NCBI GenBank assembly: GCA_951804945.1
Contig: OX638152.1
Location: 105,338,001 to 105,402,000, forward strand
Direction of reading: 5' to 3'
DNA: 64,000 nt
DNA from: Podarcis cretensis
Lineage: Eukaryota
Shown one piece after another: positions 47,125-57,288 of this stretch; within the stretch, counting starts at the first letter, position 1; every line of letters starts with the position of its first letter. Both the position numbers and the translations under genes were made by a program. The notes beneath the pieces were generated by a model. That model made no database searches. It was given only the letters and a program-made list of their open reading frames with translations, and was not told the origin of the DNA.

Positions 47125-48961
47125 GACTTCCGGGTTAGCGCGATCTGGTTAATGGCGGATTCCCTCCGAGCTCCGGAGGGAATTGGCTCCGCTGGAGAAG
47201 GGTTCTACCGCGACGGCGACGTGGGGACCCTCAGAAACCGCAGGCGCTGAAGCCTGCGGACTTGGTGACTCGGCGGGCACCTAAAGCGCCCCCCGACCCA
47301 CGAAGAGCCTTTTTAAAGGCTGCGGAGAGGGTACGGGGAGTGGCGTGGTGCTGTGAGTGGACCGCTACTGCAGTGGAGCGAAGCCGCGAGCCATGGCCGG
47401 AGACCGCTGACTTTCTTCCCTGAAATTCGGACTTTAATTAATCCGTGAGTAAAATGGAATTTGGACTTTAAAATTTCTACCTTTGAATTCGGTACGATCG
47501 GGGGATGTGCTAAAGGGAAGTCCGCACCCCCCTGCTTACAGAAGATTTAAAGCAAGGATCGGAGAACTAAGGTGGAGAGTTTTTTCTTTTTGGTGTTTTT
47601 TAAAAGATAATATTTTCATGAATTTGACAGAAGAAGATTTGTGCTGGAGAGTAAGACTGGAATTTTAGAAGCTTTTGTTTAAACCCCCCCCAGACCCGGG
47701 AGTGTCCTGTATGTGAGCTGGAGAAAAAGGAACAAGGAGTTTGACAGCTGTCAAAGGAGTTGTCAAACGGGCAGTGAAAGTTAAAAATCTTATTATTTAA
47801 CACCTTTCTGGACTAAATTTGCTACATTTAAATTAAAGTGGTTGGGAACAAAGTAGTGAAATAATAAAGTAACGGACTGTTGGGAAAAGACTATTAAGTA
47901 ACCAGAATCCCCCTAGGGGAAACATTGAAACACTACAATGACTGCAGATGGAAAATTACAGGCAGAGATAGAAAGAATGTTTTTTCTCGTGGGAAAGTTG
48001 CAGGAGCAGACTACGGCTATGAGTAAACAACTTATAACCTTGAACTCTAAAATAAGTGACTCTGCTGAATGCACAATGGACTTGACCGGGAAAAAATCTG
48101 CAGCTGAATTAGAAGAGACAACTTCGGAGCAGGAGGAGAGGGAACAAGGGCCAGTACAGATGGAGAGTACCAACCAGAAGCCTACATTGTCAGAACACAA
48201 AGAAAAAGACCTTTGGATTACAAATCTGCGAAAGATGCGAAAGAGGAGGGAGGAAGCCCCCGGAACACTTGGAATATTTGAATTTAAAAGAAACAAGAAA
48301 TATGATTGGGGCTTCCTCTTTGAGTATGGATTGGCTGACCTTTCGCAGCAGCTGGTACTAAGTACTTTGGATGGAAGAAAATCTGATGAGACTGAGCTAG
48401 AACTCCTTCGAGACCCGAGGACCAACAAAGAGGGCTACCAACAAAATCGCCAGAGAGAGACTGACAGAGATTTAAAGGCCTCAGATGTGAGGAATCCAGG
48501 CTAAAAACAGTTTTTGTGGACATGGGGACATTGGGAAGGGACAGAAACCAGGGTGGGGGGGGGAAGAATTTTTTTTAAAAAATGTTTATGACCTTTGTGT
48601 TTGATTATTATGACCTATTTTTAAGATAAAAGGGAAATTCGTGGAAGGAATTCGAGTCGACCTTAGAAAAGGATTTAATATTTATAAGAAAACTGGATAA
48701 GTAAAATTTGGCCAAGTAATAAGAATTAAGTATTTCTTTAAATATATATATATATAATAATAATATGTAAAGGATGAGAGATATGAACTTGCTGAGCTAA
48801 TTTAATTGAATTAGGATGTATGAAGGGGGGGTGGGGGAAGGTCAAGAACTGGGGTTAGGAAAGTAAGGATATGAAACTTTATATGTGTGGTCTTGGTCTG
48901 TGTGTGTGTGTCTGTGTCTATAAAATGTGAAAACTCAATAAAAATTTTATTTAAAAAAAAA
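47125..48961 (+). mobile_element. Apparently full-length non-autonomous L1-derived retroelement B (HAL1-like), 1.84 kb
   Basis: Starts GACTTCCGGG...AATGGCGG with a ~300-bp CpG-rich 5' end. It has a single 188-aa ORF, a G-rich 3' tract, AATAAA and poly(A). 17-bp TSD caaatatcttgggccag at 47108-47124 and 48962-48978. Confidence 0.88.
47938..48504 (+). CDS. ORF1-derived protein (188 aa) of element B
   Basis: ATG-initiated open frame with an N-terminal heptad pattern LQAEIERMFFLVGKLQEQTTAMSKQLITLNSKI. Motifs YGLADLS and DLKASDVRNPG* parallel those of the element A ORF. Confidence 0.55.
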   Translation: MTADGKLQAEIERMFFLVGKLQEQTTAMSKQLITLNSKISDSAECTMDLTGKKSAAELEETTSEQEEREQGPVQMESTNQKPTLSEHKEKDLWITNLRKMRKRREEAPGTLGIFEFKRNKKYDWGFLFEYGLADLSQQLVLSTLDGRKSDETELELLRDPRTNKEGYQQNRQRETDRDLKASDVRNPG

Positions 48962-49147
48962 CAAATATCTTGGGCCAGTCCTGTTTCTTCTAAGTTGATT
49001 TTATGTGCTATACATTTTTCTGTTTTGATATCTTTATTGTCTTTCATTGTTGGCTGATGTAGTTTATTGTGTTTTTTCAAATGGTAATCAATCTCCTTGA
49101 GCACCATGTCTGCAGGATATAAATTCTACTTAAATGGTACCTGATAA

Positions 49148-49395
49148 TTTAGTGTGGCAGCCCCTGCACTTTGGAACTCCCTGCCTGTGGATATCAAGAA
49201 GGCACCTTCACTGTGCTAAATGCTAAATGCCCAAAACATTATTGTTTAGACACTTCTACCCAGATGCTTACTATATAACTTTTTGTAAATACTAGAGTTG
49301 TAAATTTTTCCTGATTTTGTTTTAGCTTTTTGTAAACCTCTTTGAGGATTCTTTTACAACCAAATGGTGTATACATTTTGTGAAATAAATACAAG
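49148..49395 (+). mobile_element. Old L2 3' remnant
   Basis: tttagtgtggcagcccctgcactttggaactccctgcct encodes FSVAAPALWNSLP, followed by an AT-rich tail. Confidence 0.65.
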
Positions 49396-50586
49396 AAAAT
49401 AAAATAAACAAACAAGCAAAACAAGCAAAAATGCAAACAAGCAAAAATGCAAAGGTGGTGGAGCTTCCACTGCATCCGGAGCCTCTACAATTTGGCAGAA
49501 AAAATGTAAAGGTAAGGATATCTGTATGTAGACACTGCTGCTGCTGCCTGGGGGAAGGCTGAGGGGAGTATGCAGAGAGAAGGAACTAATTAGGCATTTA
49601 TATTCGCCCCCCCCCCCCCCCGAAAGTCACACAAGTGACTTTATGTGATTCCAGCAGGGGAAGAGGATTAGGGATGCAAAAAGGCATTTGTTTCCATTTT
49701 GCCCTATATGAGTCACATGCAGCACTGTATCCCTTCTACCACAGTTTGGATTCTGCAAAAAACAAAACCCAACTTTATTTGACGTGCTGTTTGCTGTGGC
49801 CAGATTTAATAAAGTAAATAAGTATGCTATGGTTACATGATTCTGCACCATTTCAGGGCTGGTGGTGGTTGGGAAATGATATCAATAATACACTGAACAA
49901 AATAACAACAGTGAATTGCAGACTGGGGGAAAAATGGCAACAGCAAAAACTGTATTGTGTTTGCCTCTTTGGTTTTCATTCCTGTTTGGTGATGGACACG
50001 CAATGACACAATCTCTGGTACCATTTCCCATTTCAATAGAATTCTCCAACATCCCTAAAGAGAATCCTCAATATATTGAGCTGTATTCAATTAAATTGCT
50101 GTGCTATAGGAATCCATCACAACAACCCCCCCCCCGCCCAACGCAATGGGACTTCCCATCTTCTCCCCCAATGCCCCTCCACAGATCTGTTCAGGGGGGT
50201 TGGGAGAAGCCACAGAGCAGCACACAGAGGGTGGAGAGGGACAACGGCTTCATCCAGCAAGCACAAATGCTTGCTGAAGGAATTATCTCCTTAGCGCTAT
50301 GTTGAATGAAGCCCATTACTTTTATTCCAAAAGTTTAGTTGGCAATCAGCTCTTTTTATTTGTAGTATCTTGCCCTTGCTTATTCCTTAAAAAGCAGTGG
50401 GAAATGGGTCTTGTCTTGGTGTGGCTTTTACTTCCTTCAAGACACACCTCTGATGCAAAGCAAGAATAGGTCAAGGATAAAACATTGTCTTAAAGACAGG
50501 TGAAAAAAATACAAATGACTTCTCCTGTAATCACATGAATTTACATCTACACAAAACATGAAGTCTTGGGACATATTTGCAGGATA

Positions 50587-50820
50587 CAGTCATACCTTTG
50601 TTTTCAAACAGCTTAGTTCTTGTCCATTTTGGCTCCCGAAAGCTGCAAACCCAGAAGTGAGTATTCTGGTTTGGAAACTATTTTTGGAAGCCGAATGTCT
50701 GACAGGGCTTCCATAGCCAATTGGCTGCAGGAGCTTTCTGCAGCCAATCAGAAGCCACACTTTGGTTTTTGAACGTTTTGGAAGTCAAACGTATTCTGTT
50801 CGGCTTCCAAAGTATGACTG
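50587..50820. mobile_element. Tc1/mariner-superfamily (Tigger/pogo-like) MITE
   Basis: TA|CAGTCATAC...GTATGACTG|TA termini, with internal inverted symmetry attggctgcag-gagcttt-ctgcagccaat. Confidence 0.8.
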
Positions 50821-51622
50821 TACTTCACTGAACAAAATCAGTTCCACGGTCAGTTCCTGGAGTAGGTCAGTCTTGACCACATAAAAAGTACCCTAAAAGT
50901 GCAATGCTACTAAGTCTACTAAGGAGTAAAGCCCACTGACTTAAATGGTACCTACTCCCAGGTAAGTGTGTATAGGATTGCAGCCTTAATTACTCTATTT
51001 TGAATACATTTAATGTACATCCATGCCTGAATAAGACTAAATTTAAACAGTAAGAATTATGCCATGAGTGGATGATCTATGTTCTACATCCAATCTGTAT
51101 AAATCTACCCAAATTGATACTGCTGAAATAAAGAGCATGAAAGGGTCCAATGTAAAGATTAACACTGCAATTATTTTATATTACAATATAATATTCATAT
51201 ATTATCTGGCTTAAAATAATCACATTTAAGCTTCTTTAAATGTATTCTGAAGGTTTTATTGATAGAGCTTCCCACAAAGACCTGCCTTGGTAGGTGGTAA
51301 ACACATTTATCCTGGGTTTTATTATTTATTTATAAGACACCTTTGATTAAAAATGTTTTTTAATTCCAACCAGTATTGGGCTAATTTAAGCCTCAGCTAA
51401 ACAAACCAGCTGGGATTATAAAGCTCATTTGCTGAGTCTTGTCACATTCATGGCAAACATATCCATACTTTATCTTGTGCCTTTTTATAACCTCTCTCTA
51501 GCAATTTTCATTAGCATTAACTTTACAGATAGAAAAAGAGTTATTTTGCACAAATATCCTGAGATTTTGTTCTTTACCACTGGCAGTGTGTGTGTGTGTG
51601 TGTGTTGGAGCCAGAGACTATA

Positions 51623-52016
51623 AAGGTAAATGTAAGGTAAAGGACCCCTGAACAGTTAAGACCAGTCAAAGGTGACTATGGGGTTATGGCGCTCATCTTA
51701 CTTTTCAGGCCGAGGGAGCCGGCATTTGTCCACAGACAGCTTTCCAGGTCATGTTGCCAGCTTGACTAAGCCATTTCTGGGGCAACGGAATACCGTGATG
51801 GAAACCAGAGCACACGGAAACACCATTTACCTTCCCACCACAGCATTACCTATTTATCTGCTTGCACTGGCGTGCTTTTGAACTGCTAGGTTGGCAGGAG
51901 TTGGCACAGAGAAACGGGAGCACACCACATAACGTGGATTCAAACCACCAAGCTTCTGATTGGAAAGCCCAAGAGGCTCAGTGGTTTAGACCACAGCGAG
52001 ACCCCCATCCACTAGT
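51623..52016 (-). mobile_element. Older full-length Sauria SINE
   Basis: Colinear with the copy at 20623 but with CpG decay. Probable TSD gagactata at 51614-51622 and 52017-52025. Confidence 0.88.
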
Positions 52017-52699
52017 GAGACTATATCGCTAGCATGTAAACACTGGGGTTCCCTATCCCAGGACAATTCAGAATAAGCACAAGAGCTCCATCTAGCTTCC
52101 AGGTGCTGAGAACCTGAAAGTTGTCAGAGTTTGCTGCAAGGTTTAGCACTCATTGAGCCTGGGCAGAGTAGCCCATTGCTCAAGTCATAGCAGCTGCTCT
52201 GCCTTTAGAGCAGATCGCATTTCCACCAAGTCTCATTTAAATGAATGAGCAGTACTATGCAGCACACAGCAGAACATGTGCAGGAGAAAGTCCCAGGGTA
52301 TTGTGTCCTGAACCTGCAACTTTCTTTACTTAGTACTGTGCTCCAATGAAATCAATGAGACAATTCCATGTAAATCAGTAAATTGGGGCCATCAAAACGA
52401 TATCAAAAGTGCAGTTTGATTTTTAGTGGCATAGGCATGCTAGCACCAGTACTGTTGTATCCCACCCCAATATTTTTATTGCCTTTCCATCCTTTCTCTA
52501 AGAAGCTCAGGACAACATAGATATGTAGGAGCCACACCATTTTTGGCTTCACAACAATCCTAGAAACTAGGTTATGATGAGAGACAGCCACAGACCCAAG
52601 ACTCCAAACAATGTCTATATGACATTGCTTGGTATTTGGGTACCTGAAGGACTTCTCCCACACAAACCTGACTATCCATTGTCCAGGGTCTTATGCATC

Positions 52700-53066
52700 A
52701 ATAGACAGAGCTATTCCACCTGGCCTTTAATTTGAATTCAGCCCAATCTTTTATTTCCCTTCTCTTCCCTCCCCCTCCCCTTTTATGAAGATTACCCGCT
52801 CTGAGACCCCACAGCTAATTCTCCCTTGGCCTCCTCGCTGGCCCAAGTAAGACTAATTCAGCCAGCTAGCCCTGGTGACTATCTAATGTTTATTGGATGG
52901 ATTTTTGAACTTTGAATTTTATTGTTATTCATGCTTTTATACTGTATTTTATGCTGCTTCTATGTTGTATTACAATTAAGTGTTTTAAATTTGTTGTTAG
53001 CTGTCCTGAGCCCGGTTTTCTGAACCGGGAAGGGTGGGGTATAAATAAAAATGTATTTATTTGTTT
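52700..53066 (+). mobile_element. L2 3'UTR fragment
   Basis: agacagagctattccacctggccttt (cf. 57041-57066) ... gttgttagctgtcctgagcccgg...ggggtataaataaa. Confidence 0.75.
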
Positions 53067-54299
53067 ATCAATGAAAAATAATATTTACATTGCCAAGAAA
53101 TAGGACAAAAGAGGAGCATGATCTGTTGCACACACAGCTTAGGAAAACAAACCACAACAAAATACTTTCATAGCCATGCAGTGCAGAGTGGTTAGAATAC
53201 TGCAATTTTAGAGAACAAGTAAGGAATCCAGACAGGTTCTTCAAAAGAGGTTTAAAAGCAGGATATCTGCCCATTTCCCATTGCCAGAGGCCTGTCTCGA
53301 TATGCCTTGCCCTCTGAAGCTGACCGGAGATGGACCTGCCTTCTCAAGCGCAATGCCCTGCCTGAGGAATAGAGGAAGCTGAGCCAAAGCCTAAGTCCAC
53401 CAACTCAGCCATGTCTACCTTGAGTGGTTTCAGGCAGGGGCTTTCCCAGCTCCACCTGGAGATGTCGGGGTCAAAACTGGAAGGATCTGCATGCCAAGCG
53501 CTTCCTCAGGGAAGAATCACTTGGTGCCCATCTTCCATTCCCTTTGTGGCCAGACCATGGCATCTTTATTTTAAATGTTAGCTGTGTTGGTTTTCTTCTG
53601 CTGCGGCAGTTCCTTTATTTTACTGTTATGTTGTCTTTATTTTATTTTTAATGACTTTATTGATTTTGTTCTTTTTATCTCATTGCTAGCTGCCCTGGAA
53701 AATAGTAATGTTGAAAATTTTAAATTAAATAAATGAATTTATATGTTCATACCCAGTGAGTGTGACTGAACAGGGTAAAAGTAAAGACTCACGACACACA
53801 ACACCACATTGACTTTCACACCTCATTGGCTCACAAAGTGTTATGGGAGCAGTCATACTACAGGGAGATAACACTGATATGGATTAATAGCCCTGTCATG
53901 TTTGCTGCTGACTGGAAAAACCAATAGGACTTACATCTTAGTGAGCATATTGAGAAGCTGGGCTGAAGTCATATATAACCCTGAAGTTATCTATATGAAT
54001 ACTCAAGTGGGTATTAGTTCACTCCTGACTAGGAGTGCTTTATACATATTGCAGTCCATAGGCCACTTTTCAGGAGTTCACCAGAGTACAAGAATGTAAG
54101 GAGTATTGTGGTGGCAGCTTATTATCTGACCAATGCATCTTCAGTAGAATATCTATAGGATGTCTGCTCATACAAACCTATGGGAGGTTCCCACAGACAC
54201 TCTTCTGAACATGTGTATGTCAGGGCACATTCATTGAGCACAGATGAGCACCTGAAACATCCCATGATATACCTTCAAGAGAGGTGATGAACTTGCTAT

Positions 54300-54440
54300 A
54301 TAGTCTTTGAGAATTTTTGGAGAACTGGTGAGACCATGCAGACTGGAGGCAGGCAAATGTTGTCCCCATCATCAAAAAAGGGGGGGGGGGAGAGAAGACC
54401 CAGAGAAGGTCCTAAAACAGATAATTAAACAGTTAGTCTC
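54300..54440 (+). mobile_element. CR1 RT-region remnant with internal deletion
   Basis: Encodes DWRQANVVPIIKKG...EDP, then KVLKQIIKQ, typical of the CR1 RT start. Confidence 0.65.
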
Positions 54441-56295
54441 CTCCTTGCTTGTTTATCCAGGAACATCCATGCGGAGGCTGTACATGATGTGGCAAATGAC
54501 ATGGCTTGTTCACATGTTACTTGGTCGCTCCCCATCCAGCCCTTAGCACACTGCTGCATCAACATAGGAACTGAGCCTCACTGAGGCGGCCTACAGGGCT
54601 ACTGCACACATCACATAAATGCAATGGTAAGATTCTGAATTGTATCACTTTAGAGTGTGTGTGATATATTTGATTCACTATTTGGCAACTTTTTTAAAAA
54701 AAAACCAACTATCTCATTCTGTGTAATGTGAAGAATGAGGCTCTTAAACCTTGACATTCTGAAAGAGCTCCATTTTGAGCATCATTGCTGCTCAAAGCGC
54801 AGCTTAATTTTGTTTTTTGTTTTTTGTGTGTGTGCACATTGTGGATGTTTTCAGTTATCATTCTTTGGCTTTCAGAATAGAATGTGATGCAATCACTCTG
54901 GCCTGACTTCCCCCTAGGTTCATAAACATCAGAGACAGCAAACAAGTTTTGAATGTAGTAGCTGGTGCTAGCAGAAGAGAACATTAATATTTTCTCCTGG
55001 AAAAACAACACTTGCTATACAGTGCCAGCTTGCAAAAGAGCTGAGTCAAGTGAAAAAAACCCTTACATTTTTCCAACTGGCCATTGCTCTTCTGGGGCAT
55101 TTCACTCTTCAAAGAGGAATGCTTTCTACTTCCAGTCTTGTAATACACTTTTTAAAGGTAGTGCAAATATTTTCACCAAAGGGTACATAAGAGTATTGCA
55201 TTCAGAGATACCGGAACAATATCATGAAATGGCATTCAGTAGCACTTATGACTTGGTTTCATTTATCCTACATTTCCCTTATATGTAGGCTACATTTCCC
55301 TTATATTTTTTCTCCACCTCCCTTAATAAAAAGTAAGAAAAATTTTAAAGTTTGAGCTCACCTGTGGGAAAGCAGCGTGATTAACCTCTGTGAAGTGTAT
55401 GCAGACTCCTGGAAGCAACACCAGCTGTAACATCCTTCAAGTGACATTTCACGGAATATAGCAAGCTTGAGAGAATGTTGAACAATTACAGCAGATCATT
55501 ACCTCACGTAAAAATGTTGTATGAGGGTGGCTAAACAAATGTGCGGAGCTGCAGTTTATCCTGTTTACCATATGCTATGTCACTTGCAGTAATAACAATT
55601 CTGCTCCCCCAGAAAGTGCCCTTAAATATCAGTGGACAAGGCAGAGCACTTCTTCTTGATAGAACTTTGTAAATTGTCGATGCAAGGAAACATTTGTAAT
55701 GCAGAAAACTCAATTTATTCTTCAGGAAAGTTTTGCCTACATCAATTTGAATTGCTTTTTTAAAAAAACAAGGGAAAACAAGAAGTGCAGCACAAGGAAA
55801 TAAAATGCATATTCTGTATATTTGTTTTTCATATAGTTCTACGTTTTCCTGCATTTTACTGCAACTGGGGGTGGGGACCTCCACATTGGCCATTTATTGG
55901 GTATTTGCAGTGTCCCATACATCCCAATCACCCCTCCTCTTACAGACAGGTAGCCGTGTTGGTCTGCCATAAAGACTAGTATTGAGGAGAGAACTACAAA
56001 GGTGTGGAGATTTCCAAGTAGAACTCTGCAATTTCTGGAGTTAGTTTGTTTCTGACAAGTTATGTGGAAATCTTTGAAAGCTATCTGGTGTTTCTTGGGG
56101 GTGCACTTGGCTCTCTTGCCCTCCATTTTGCCCGAGTGAGCCAGGCACATCCTCCAGCCAAGTTCCCAAATCCAGAAACATCAGATAGGTTCTGTCTGGA
56201 AGACAGAGAAATCCCAGTGGCAATTTCCACCAGCGACAACCATCTTCTCCAGCTCACAGTGGGTATTTGACATCTCCCAAATCCCAGAAACATGA

Positions 56296-57252
56296 CACAC
56301 TGACCAGATGTTTGGAAGCTGTGGCTGGATGGTTTCATGGGAGCCAATTGAAACTAAATCCTTCGAAGACAGAGGTCCTTTGGCTGGGTCGGGATGGTAT
56401 GGGGATGAGGGACCAACTCCCTTCTCTTGCGGGGGCCCAATTAGTGCCATTGCCTTCTGTTAAGAGTTTGGGTGTAATCCTTGACACCTCCCTTTCCATG
56501 GAGGTGCAGGTTACAGCAACAGCGAAGGCAACATTTTTCCACCTCCGCCGCATCAAGCAGTTGGTCCCTTACCTTTCCCACCCCAATCTGGCCACAGTGA
56601 TCCACATGATGGACACCTCCAGGCTTGACTACTGTAATTCACTCTATGCGGGGCTGCCCTTGAAGCTGTCCCAGAAACTCCAGCGGGTGCAGAATGCTGC
56701 AGCAAGGCTCCTCATGGGGTCCCTGCCATGGGAGCATATTCACCCAGTGCTTTTCCAGCTGCATTGGCTCCCGGGGTCAGATTTAAGGTGCTGGTTTTGA
56801 CCTTTAAAGCCCTTCACGGCCTAGGACCCTTGTACCTACAGGACCGCCTCTCCTGGTATGCCCCACGGAGGACCTTAAGGTCCATAAATAGTAACACCCT
56901 AGGCATCCTGGGCCCTAAGGAAGTCAGATTAGCCTCAACCAGAGCCAGGGCCTTTTCAACACTGGCTCCAGCCTGGTGGAACGCTCTGTATCATGAGACC
57001 AGGGCCCTGCAGGATCTGATTTCTTTCCGCAGGGCCTGTAAGACAGAGTTGTTCTGCCTGGCCTTTGGCTTAGAATCAATTTGATTCTCTCCCCCTCTTT
57101 TTTCCTTTCCCTTCCTGTGAAGAGGCTGCATCTTAATGTTTTAATGTATTTTAATCTTGTTTTTAAGTTGTATTTCAATCAACTTGTTTTTATTATTGGT
57201 TGTTAGCCGCCCTGAGACCAGTCTTGGCTGGGGAGGGCGGGGTATAAATAAC

Positions 57253-57288
<36 letters not shown>
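56296..57288 (+). mobile_element. L2 LINE, 5'-truncated ~1 kb, frameshifted near 56770
   Basis: Encodes QLKLNPSKTEVLW...VKSLGVILD..LSME...SRLDYCNSLYAGLP...LQRVQNAAARLL...LHWLP, then RFKVLVLTFKALHGLGP.YL...RAFSTLAPAWWNAL, with a (TTA)n tail. Confidence 0.93.

Larger units (their letters stand above)
46868..48983. mobile_element. hAT-type MITE (~260 bp net) with L1-derived element B inserted at its right end
   Basis: TIR caggactggtcc (46868) / gggccagtcctg (ends 48983); flanks gttcctct / tttcttct match at 6/8. Confidence 0.6.

Noticed and set aside
47913-48428. 171-aa antisense ORF within element B (reminiscent of L1 ORF0)
   Set aside because: No ATG start, it lies wholly opposite the sense ORF, and element A has no counterpart.
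55941-55972. tacagacaggtagccgtgttggtctgccata, reminiscent of a Penelope-type repeat end
   Set aside because: About 30 bp only; too short to call.
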